This document shows, in pieces, positions 32,616 to 40,303 of a DNA stretch of 47,376 nt. Origin of the DNA: a virus. The stretch is taken from IMG/VR virus record IMGVR_UViG_3300029577_000022, positions 1 through 47,376 of that record; one strand, written 5' to 3'. The notes beneath the pieces were generated by a model. That model worked only from the letters and a program-made list of their open reading frames with translations, did no database searches and was not told the DNA's origin. Every line of letters starts with the position of its first letter. Position 1 is the stretch's first letter. The translations under genes were made by a program, and so were the position numbers.

Positions 32616-33257
32616 ATGAAAGTAGAAAATTTAACAGTAGGCAATATCTATTATGTTTCAGTTACAGATTATAAAGGAATAGCAACTTCTTTTAAGGTTG
32701 GGAAGTTAGTAGAAATTGTTAATAAAAGTAGTGTAATTCTTGAGGATAGAAAAGGAAAACAATTTAAGTGTGCAGTAAAAAAATTACATAAAACAGCAGA
32801 TAAGGCAGTTCAGACTAAAAAAGGAAAGCAGTTAGCAAAACAGTATATGGCTGAATTGAAGCAAAAAGAGGAAGAAAGTCTGGTTGATAAGAAAATACAA
32901 AGCAGAATAAAACAGTTGGGAAAATCAATATATGTAACAATGGTAAAAAATAAATACATTGTTAAAGGTTATGAGCAATCAATATCTTTTCGTACAGTAG
33001 AAGAATTAAATGCATGGATAGATACCGAACTTGCAAAATTTGAGATTATCAAAGCAGAAATATTGAATAATGGGTATAAGCATTTATGTGTAACCTGTAA
33101 AGATGGACATAAGGAATACTACACCATTATCAATATATCATTCAAGAAATTTGAAATATTTTGTAAGCATTTCAGAGGAAACAGCAAAGACCTTGAGAAT
33201 GAAAATTTATTGATGCGTGAGGATGTAAGAGGTCTTAAATTAAGGATTCATAAATAG
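32616..33257 (+). CDS. Hypothetical protein upstream of clpX
   Basis: 213 aa from the ATG after GAAGGAG. Confidence 0.55.
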   Translation: MKVENLTVGNIYYVSVTDYKGIATSFKVGKLVEIVNKSSVILEDRKGKQFKCAVKKLHKTADKAVQTKKGKQLAKQYMAELKQKEEESLVDKKIQSRIKQLGKSIYVTMVKNKYIVKGYEQSISFRTVEELNAWIDTELAKFEIIKAEILNNGYKHLCVTCKDGHKEYYTIINISFKKFEIFCKHFRGNSKDLENENLLMREDVRGLKLRIHK

Positions 33258-33269
33258 AAGGAGATTTTA

Positions 33270-34496
33270 ATGATGGCAAATAAAAAGAACGAATTTTGTT
33301 GTATGTGTGGAAGCTCAAAAGATGAGGTAGACAAGCTGATTAGAGGAAAATATGGTTACATCTGTGATAGCTGTATTTCTATTGCAAGCGGATTACTCAA
33401 CGATGAAGAAGAGGAATTTGTCACAGATAATATGCGGCTTGCTACACCATCACAGATTAAGGCACATTTAGATCAGTATGTTATTGGACAGGATGAGGCA
33501 AAGAGAACATTAGCAGTTGCAGTCTATAATCACTATAAGAGATTAAAACAGAATAAAAAATCAGATGTTGAGATACAGAAGTCCAACATTTTAATGATTG
33601 GTTCAACAGGTAGTGGAAAGACATATCTTGCACAGAGCCTTGCAAAATTTTTAGGTGTTCCTTTTGCTATTGCTGACGCTACCTGTTTAACTGAGGCTGG
33701 ATATGTCGGCGAAGATGTTGAAACCATGTTGCGTACACTTTTACAGAATGCAAACTATGACATTGAATCAGCACAGCGAGGAATTATCTATATTGATGAG
33801 ATAGATAAGATTTCTCGTAAAGGCGAAAATATGTCAATCACTCGTGATGTATCTGGTGAGGGAGTACAGCAAGCACTTCTTAAAATCATCGAGGGTACAA
33901 TATCAGAAGTGCCAGTAACAGGCAGTAGGAAACATCCACAGGGAGAGACAATAAAGATAGATACATCTAACATACTTTTCATCTGTGGTGGAGCTTTTGA
34001 TGGAATTGATAAGATTATTGGCAAGGAAGAGACACATAACAGCATTGGATTTGGTGCTAATGTTGCCGATAAGAAAGAATCAATTACCGATTTGTCAAAG
34101 GTTGAGCAGCATGATCTTGTTAAGTATGGTCTTATGCCAGAACTTATAGGCAGACTTCCTATTATTACCGCATTGAATCCGCTGTCAGAGGAAGATTTGG
34201 TACATATTCTCACAGAGCCGAAAAATGCTATTACAAAGCAGTATCAAGAATTGCTGTCTATGGATGGTGTGAAACTGGAATTTGAGGATGAAGCATTGAG
34301 AAAGATTGCGGAGTTGGCTATTCAGAAGAAAACCGGTGCAAGAGGATTACGTTCTATAATCGAGGGTTCTATGCAGAAGATAATGTTTGAAATTCCCGAT
34401 ATGTCAATAGCAAAGAGAGTTATTGTGACTGTTGCTTGTGTAGAAGGAAAAGAGGATGCATTGGTGTATGGTGCAAGGAATAAGAAGATAGCTTAG
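33270..34496 (+). CDS. clpX: ClpX-type AAA+ unfoldase, full length
   Basis: C4 zinc domain CCMCGSS...YICDSC, Walker A GSTGSGKT, pore loop AGYVGEDV, Walker [13 protein letters not shown] loop NSIGFGAN, and the sensor region [10 protein letters not shown]. Confidence 0.9.
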   Translation: MMANKKNEFCCMCGSSKDEVDKLIRGKYGYICDSCISIASGLLNDEEEEFVTDNMRLATPSQIKAHLDQYVIGQDEAKRTLAVAVYNHYKRLKQNKKSDVEIQKSNILMIGSTGSGKTYLAQSLAKFLGVPFAIADATCLTEAGYVGEDVETMLRTLLQNANYDIESAQRGIIYIDEIDKISRKGENMSITRDVSGEGVQQALLKIIEGTISEVPVTGSRKHPQGETIKIDTSNILFICGGAFDGIDKIIGKEETHNSIGFGANVADKKESITDLSKVEQHDLVKYGLMPELIGRLPIITALNPLSEEDLVHILTEPKNAITKQYQELLSMDGVKLEFEDEALRKIAELAIQKKTGARGLRSIIEGSMQKIMFEIPDMSIAKRVIVTVACVEGKEDALVYGARNKKIA

Positions 34497-34518
34497 TACC
34501 ATTTAGTGCTAAGTCATA

Positions 34519-34538
34519 TGCGTCCATTTGGACGCAAT
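34519..34538 (+). terminator. Hairpin gcgtcc-attt-ggacgc after clpX
   Basis: 6-bp GC-rich stem. The 16-mer atgcgtccatttggac also occurs inverted at 12617..12632. Confidence 0.4.
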
Positions 34539-34588
34539 TGGTAATTTACTGACTACGAAATCGTGGCAAGTTAAGAAAGGAATGAGAT

Positions 34589-35539
34589 ATGTCGTTAAAG
34601 CAAGAATGTATTGATATGATAAATTTGATAATAAAGCCATTACAAGATGATGCAACATATTACACATTGGAAGAAGATGTATTTGTGGATATATGTGGAA
34701 AGACAGGCGAAGATATTACATATACATTATGTGAAGATTGTGAAAATTGCAATAAAGACTGTAAATATAAGAATGAAAACATAAAAGTTGATATATCCTT
34801 TTGTGATTATGCTACAGATTGCATACGAAATTATGTTTTTGGGAAAAATGCAGTTGATTGTAAAGGTGTTAGTGTAATAAGAAATCGAAAACAACTTATG
34901 GAAGAAATGTTCTCATTGAAGAATGAGCTGGAAACATATAAAAACTGGTATGCAGAATTTGGAGAGCGTTACAATGAATATTTGAAGTATGCAAAACAAT
35001 TTGCAGAAGATATTAAAGAAGAATATCTGTTTTTTGGAATGATTCAGACGGAAATATTACCAATAGTTTTTCATACAAATCATGCTTATTATGATGGAAA
35101 AATCAATTATAGTACATTAGGAAATCTTCATATAGCAGAAAAGCAGAATGTTATCAATGTTTTTTGTTGTATGGAAAATGAAGAAGAAACGAAACGTACA
35201 ATTAGACATGAGGTGTTACATTACTTGCTTTATATTGCAGGTTTAAAATATCAAGATGATAAAGCAATCTTCCATTATTTATGTGGTAAATATGATGCCT
35301 ATGCTTATAAGAAAATGGATGCTACAGAACAAGAATTATACAATCGACTAATTAATGGGATAGAAATGTTAGATAGTATATCAAAAGGACAGAAGGAAAT
35401 AGAAGATAATTACAATTCTAATTATATATGTATGCTCTTAGCGGTAAGCACAGATGAAAATGATCCTATATATGGTGCACTTTGTAAGAATGGTAAAGAA
35501 ATATTACAACTATTTGATTTGAAAAAGAAGGTAGGTTAG
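34589..35539 (+). CDS. SprT-like / HExxH zinc metallopeptidase candidate with a Cys-rich N-terminus
   Basis: RTIRHEVLHYLLYIAGLKYQDDKAIFHYLCGKY contains the HExxH motif. The N-terminus reads CEDCENCNKDCKY. Confidence 0.5.
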   Translation: MSLKQECIDMINLIIKPLQDDATYYTLEEDVFVDICGKTGEDITYTLCEDCENCNKDCKYKNENIKVDISFCDYATDCIRNYVFGKNAVDCKGVSVIRNRKQLMEEMFSLKNELETYKNWYAEFGERYNEYLKYAKQFAEDIKEEYLFFGMIQTEILPIVFHTNHAYYDGKINYSTLGNLHIAEKQNVINVFCCMENEEETKRTIRHEVLHYLLYIAGLKYQDDKAIFHYLCGKYDAYAYKKMDATEQELYNRLINGIEMLDSISKGQKEIEDNYNSNYICMLLAVSTDENDPIYGALCKNGKEILQLFDLKKKVG

Positions 35540-35563
35540 TTTCGGAAGGAGAATATACATTAT

Positions 35564-36262
35564 ATGAATACATTTACAGTAACTACAGGAAATAAGAAAG
35601 AAACAGAACTAAAGGAATTTACAAGGCTGTTTGCATTACATGATATGTGGTGCAGACAGTATTACAATACTGTGACAAGCATATTTGGAAAGTACAGAAA
35701 AATTGATGATTGGTCACAGGATGAACTTATGAAAGCCGCTCTATGCGGTGTAAAGTATATGAATTCTGTGATTGAAATTGAGGCTGTAACTCATAGGGTG
35801 GATAATACATATCAGACACCGTTTGAAGCAAAGCAAACAGCCTTTAAACTGATAGATGCCTTATTTGGTATTATCGGTCGTATCAAACTGAAAAATCTGA
35901 TTAAGATATTTCCGATAGATAAAATCTACGATGGCGATAAATATGAATGCAAGGATTACTTTTTCACAATGGATGTTCTGAAGGAAAAAGGATTGGACAA
36001 TGCGGTTGGTCGTGATGGTGTATTCGATCTTATGTGGGATTATGAGAACAGAGATTTGAGAGAGTTTACAGTATTCTATATGAGCTGTATGAGTGCGATG
36101 TATCAGAGTCAAACTGGTGTTAGTTTTGCTGAAAAATTTTGTGAGGACAATTGGATTGGTACATATCATGTGGATCGTGAAAATGGCATCATAGTTAATA
36201 ATCAGACTGGAAAAATTGCAAAATTGAGCAATAAGCCCTCATTTATGCAGATTGTGAAGTAA
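35564..36262 (+). CDS. Hypothetical protein
   Basis: 232-aa ORF with a GAAGGAG ribosome-binding site. Confidence 0.55.
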   Translation: MNTFTVTTGNKKETELKEFTRLFALHDMWCRQYYNTVTSIFGKYRKIDDWSQDELMKAALCGVKYMNSVIEIEAVTHRVDNTYQTPFEAKQTAFKLIDALFGIIGRIKLKNLIKIFPIDKIYDGDKYECKDYFFTMDVLKEKGLDNAVGRDGVFDLMWDYENRDLREFTVFYMSCMSAMYQSQTGVSFAEKFCEDNWIGTYHVDRENGIIVNNQTGKIAKLSNKPSFMQIVK

Positions 36263-36472
36263 AATTGCATTTTTCGGAAAAGTGACCTTCAATATTGTGC
36301 CTATGTAGGCAACATTTTATTTTGAAATAAGCAATGAAATCTACATTTCTTGTCAAGCATTTTCAATAGTCGTTGCATGAGTTTTCATAGCTTATGTAAT
36401 GGCTTTTCAAGCGTTACTCACGCAGTATTCAAAAGTAATGATGATAACTGAATATGGAACACAAAAAAATCA

Positions 36473-36500
36473 AAAAAGTTTCTTCCTAAGTGGAGAATAT
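36473..36500 (+). promoter_or_regulatory. Element-specific promoter-like motif, site S3 (AAAAAG-N13-GGAGAATAT, exact 12-mer). A tandem partial copy AAGTGGAGAG lies at 36504.
   Basis: One of three exact AGTGGAGAATAT copies. It lies about 97 nt upstream of the polymerase-like gene. Confidence 0.55.
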
Positions 36501-36596
36501 ATTAAGTGGAGAGCAGTGTAAACATAACTTAGTAGAATAGAGAGGTGTGTTATTATAGGAAAGAAGACTATAAACTATACAAAAGAATTAAAGCCA

Positions 36597-39398
36597 GTGT
36601 ACATAGAGTCAATGCAAGCAAATCAAGTGTATATAGATGCGTTAAAAGATGAGGGCATTGTCATTCACAAGATAAAAGATGAATGGGTAGAATTGAACAA
36701 GGTATCTACTAGAAAAGCAGTACTTGCAGATAGCTTATTTCTTAGATTTATGGATGAAAGTATTACAAGAATTGGTGGTAAATTTAGCAAGGACTTCATT
36801 ATATTAAAGTTTGATTATGATGCTGAATATAAAATTAATGGTGGAGAACCCCAAAAGATAAAGAAAGACGATTTAAGAACATATTACTATACGAATGGAG
36901 TGACATTTACTTCTGAGGTCAAGGACACAAAGAAGAGGAAACAGGCAAAGGAAGATGAAAGATGTCATCCAATACATTATAAGATGCTTATGCGCTCCCC
37001 TGGTAAAGCAAAAGATGGAGAATGTGTATTTATTAGGGATAATCTGTATCATAAAGCTATAAATTTTTTGACTATGGGTTTATACGACATAATGGATGAG
37101 CAATCAAAACAGAATCCAGATAAAATATTTAAGATAGTCGAATTATCAGCATATCTTACGTTAACAACAGCATCTGCCAATGGTTATATAAGGATTCCTT
37201 GGAATAGAATACTTGTTGTTCCAGATGAGGAAGTTTATTCCAAGCCACAAAAGGCTGTAATTGTAAGCAATAAATCTGTGTCATATACATATGATGAAAA
37301 AGAGTTTTTTATTCATTTTGACGATTCACATATTGAAGAACTTATTAACAAGAAGGGCTGTACATTTGATAAGAATAAATCAATCAATGAAAATCTTAAA
37401 TACATTGAGAAGACAAAGGAAGCTCTTAAAGATAATGGTATTAGATGGAATGGAAACTATGGTCATTCAGAGATAACTAAAAAAGAAGAAATAAGACAAG
37501 AATGTGATGCAAAATATGTTTCTGATGAGAGGGTAAAAAATATTCTGTGGGACGGAATGGGATTAATTGATGAATCAATTTTTCCTAAAAATATGAATGG
37601 ATTTATATACTGTAGGTCACATTTCTTCAAGAGTTGTTTGTTCTGTGGAAATATTCAAGAATTTTTCAGAGACTATTGTGCGGAAAATGGAATTGACTAC
37701 AATAGTTTTACTACTGAGAAAATTGATTTATTTGGAAGAAAACTAAGCTTATCTAATATTGATGTTGTTATTACAGATAAATCACTAAAATGGTTGAAGT
37801 TTGTTGATATGATGGGAGGGACGCAAAAAGAAGCGTTTAAATTTTATAAAAATTATATGAAAGAACATGATAATTGGTTTACGATTGTAAAGACAGCTCA
37901 TCCTAGTAAATGGGGAGGTATGCAGTTAATGGCTTATCAAATGAATAATTCACTGCCTACTACAGATGAAGAGATTCTTTCCCGAATTGCAGAAGATTCA
38001 GTTGATTATATTAAAGAGTTAAAGAAAACAACGGATACAGCATATTTACAATATCTTAATCAAAAGAAAAATAATTTCAATATTAATGAAGTTATTTTGG
38101 CATTGGTAAAATGGAATCCTGATTTTAGGAGGACAGCTTTTTTTAGGGATAAAAAGACTAAAGATATAAGCAAACTGAAAAATGAATATTTTAAACAGGG
38201 AAGATTGCTACAGAATGGGGACAATCTTACAGTTATGGGAAACCCGATTGCTTTATTAATGAAAGCAGTAGGTGGAAATCCAATAGAAGAAAATATTTTT
38301 GAGGTGGAAAAGGATGCAATTCAATGTTATACAGCAAGGTTTAAAGATGGAGAAAAATTAGCCGCTTTTAGAAGTCCACATAATTCTCCGAATAATATTC
38401 TACATTTTCATAATGTCTATTCAGACAAATTATCCAAGTACTTTGCAAATTTAGGACGAAATGTGATTGTGATAAATATGGTTGGAACAGATGTACAAGC
38501 TAGAGCCTCGGGAATGGATGAAGACACCGACTTTGTTTATACAACAAATCAACCAGACCTTGCGGAACTTGCGAGAAAAGCTTATACAAATTATCCGACT
38601 ATCATCAATGGTGTGGCAGAAAAGGGGAATAGTTCATATCATTTTAGATTAGAAGATTTTGCACAAATGGATAATCAAATTGCAACAGCACAGCAATCTA
38701 TTGGCACCTCTACAGATACAGCGCAATTAGCCTTGAGTTATTACTATGATGAGGGAATGGATGAGGGGCAAGATGGGGAGGAATTGAAGAAATGTTTTGT
38801 TATATTATCTGTAATTGGTCAGATTAGTATTGATCTTGCTAAAAAGGAATTTGATATAGATGTAGTAAACGAAATTAATCGTATTAAAAGACTACCATGT
38901 ATGAAAGGTAAGGATATACCTGAGTTTTTTGCAAGTACAAAGAAAAGTCGAAATAATAAAGAATTTAATGAAGAAGAAATTCGCTCGATGAATTGTCCTA
39001 TGGATATAATTGCTAGAAATATAGATAGTAGAGTTGTGGGACAAGCTATGGGTGTAACAAGACTTCCTATATCAAAATTTCTTAATAGCAACATTAAAGG
39101 CAAGGGAAATAAATATAAATGGAAAAAATTTATAGAAGCGTCAGAAGTGTATAATAGGTCAATAAAGTATATTGAACAACACAAAACTCAATATACCAAA
39201 AATAGTTACATAGATTTAAAAATGGACTGTATGAGTCATTTTTTGAATTGCACAAACAATAATTTAGATCAAGAGACAGTTATGTTGTTGGTAAAATATG
39301 CTTTTAGTAATAATAATTCAGATGTATGCCAAACAATTTTAAACTTCCTTTATATGAATAATCGTGATAAATTTCTAAATTGTTTTGTGAAAAAGTGA
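36597..39398 (+). CDS. YonO-like single-subunit RNA polymerase candidate (two-barrel, eukaryotic-RdRP-related family)
   Basis: LAAFRSPHNSPNNILHFHNV...RNVIVINMVGTDVQARASGMDEDTDFVYTTNQ parallels the RdRP/YonO pattern R-P-x-x-x-P-x-x-I ... V-I-V-F ... S-G-G-D-L-D-G-D. The upstream WDGMGLIDESI and SAYLTLTTAS...ILVVPDEE resemble earlier conserved RdRP blocks. The start is uncertain (GTG 36597 or ATG 36612). Confidence 0.55.
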   Translation: MYIESMQANQVYIDALKDEGIVIHKIKDEWVELNKVSTRKAVLADSLFLRFMDESITRIGGKFSKDFIILKFDYDAEYKINGGEPQKIKKDDLRTYYYTNGVTFTSEVKDTKKRKQAKEDERCHPIHYKMLMRSPGKAKDGECVFIRDNLYHKAINFLTMGLYDIMDEQSKQNPDKIFKIVELSAYLTLTTASANGYIRIPWNRILVVPDEEVYSKPQKAVIVSNKSVSYTYDEKEFFIHFDDSHIEELINKKGCTFDKNKSINENLKYIEKTKEALKDNGIRWNGNYGHSEITKKEEIRQECDAKYVSDERVKNILWDGMGLIDESIFPKNMNGFIYCRSHFFKSCLFCGNIQEFFRDYCAENGIDYNSFTTEKIDLFGRKLSLSNIDVVITDKSLKWLKFVDMMGGTQKEAFKFYKNYMKEHDNWFTIVKTAHPSKWGGMQLMAYQMNNSLPTTDEEILSRIAEDSVDYIKELKKTTDTAYLQYLNQKKNNFNINEVILALVKWNPDFRRTAFFRDKKTKDISKLKNEYFKQGRLLQNGDNLTVMGNPIALLMKAVGGNPIEENIFEVEKDAIQCYTARFKDGEKLAAFRSPHNSPNNILHFHNVYSDKLSKYFANLGRNVIVINMVGTDVQARASGMDEDTDFVYTTNQPDLAELARKAYTNYPTIINGVAEKGNSSYHFRLEDFAQMDNQIATAQQSIGTSTDTAQLALSYYYDEGMDEGQDGEELKKCFVILSVIGQISIDLAKKEFDIDVVNEINRIKRLPCMKGKDIPEFFASTKKSRNNKEFNEEEIRSMNCPMDIIARNIDSRVVGQAMGVTRLPISKFLNSNIKGKGNKYKWKKFIEASEVYNRSIKYIEQHKTQYTKNSYIDLKMDCMSHFLNCTNNNLDQETVMLLVKYAFSNNNSDVCQTILNFLYMNNRDKFLNCFVKK

Positions 39399-39422
39399 CA
39401 AAAAACAATGCTATTTTTTGTT

Positions 39423-39450
39423 AAAAATTCAAAAAAGTGTAGGGAAAATA
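39423..39450 (+). promoter_or_regulatory. Element-specific promoter-like motif, site S6, a degenerate member (AAAAAT-N13-GGGAAAATA)
   Basis: Matches the bipartite consensus. It shares TCAAAAAAGT and AAGCATTTTCAATA with the region upstream of 36597. Confidence 0.4.
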
Positions 39451-39921
39451 AGCATTTTCAATATCTCCTTATGGAAGAAAGTACTGCGCATGAAAAGACC
39501 GTAGGCTGAGTAGTGCGTGGGAAACTTCCAACAACAATTTAATCAATAGCTCCTATAAATCACTTCTATAGGATTCACTATTATTTCACTAAAGTAAGGT
39601 AGGGTGTGATAGCTCTGCCATTCTCCGATAATATCACCCTATGGGTGTTTATTATATGTTTTGAATATCATATTATTGGCAGGATTTAATTGTCCTGCCA
39701 GACAAGGGTAATAATGGTTTCTGAGGTGGGCAGTAACTTTTATTATAAGCGTTGATGTGCTGGCTCAAACACGGCATGTTAGCATAAAGTACACACGTTG
39801 TATTTCAAAACAATAAACAATGATTAAGTGGACAGACTGATTCAAACTAGGTCTGTCCTCCTAATTGTACGAATTTAAAATATTACCAGTGTGATTGATT
39901 TTTGCACTGGTCTATTTTTTT
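39451..39921 (+). ncRNA. Hairpin-rich non-coding transcript or leader candidate ending in an intrinsic terminator
   Basis: Stems seen are tggaag..cttcca, cctata..tatagg, agggtg..caccct, ggcagga..tcctgcc and ggacagac..gtctgtcc. The last hairpin is accagtg..cactggt followed by ctattttttt. Confidence 0.35.
39885..39921 (+). terminator. Rho-independent terminator upstream of the HTH-TMP gene pair
   Basis: 7-8-bp stem followed by a T7 run. Confidence 0.65.
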
Positions 39922-39973
39922 ATATAAAAAATTATATATTGAATAAGAAAATATATAGGAAGGAGCAGTATGA

Positions 39974-40150
39974 ATGACACAGGAAGAACTTAGGGCTATG
40001 CTAAATAAGAGATTGATTCGAGAAAAAGCAAGTTATATCTGTTCTGTTACAGGACTAAATAAAGATGTATTATCACGATTCAAAACAGGAAAAATTGACT
40101 TATATCCTAATCTATTCGAGAGATTAGAAGACTATCTATTAAATTCATAA
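39974..40150 (+). CDS. Small XRE/Cro-like HTH protein (58 aa, below the cutoff)
   Basis: MTQEELRAMLNKRLIREKASYICSVTGLNKDVLSRFKTGKIDLYPNLFERLEDYLLNS. GGAAGGAG ribosome-binding site. Confidence 0.55.
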   Translation: MTQEELRAMLNKRLIREKASYICSVTGLNKDVLSRFKTGKIDLYPNLFERLEDYLLNS

Positions 40151-40303
40151 CAAACAATTCAAATTTATCTCAGGCGAAAAGCCACAATCTGATTATTCAA
40201 TCAAAAATTCAATAAAAAATGTACAACTTGATAAAATTCATTGATATGGTCGCATTTAGCAACCATTTATTTGTATGTTGAAATTTATAGAAAGGAGTCG
40301 TAA

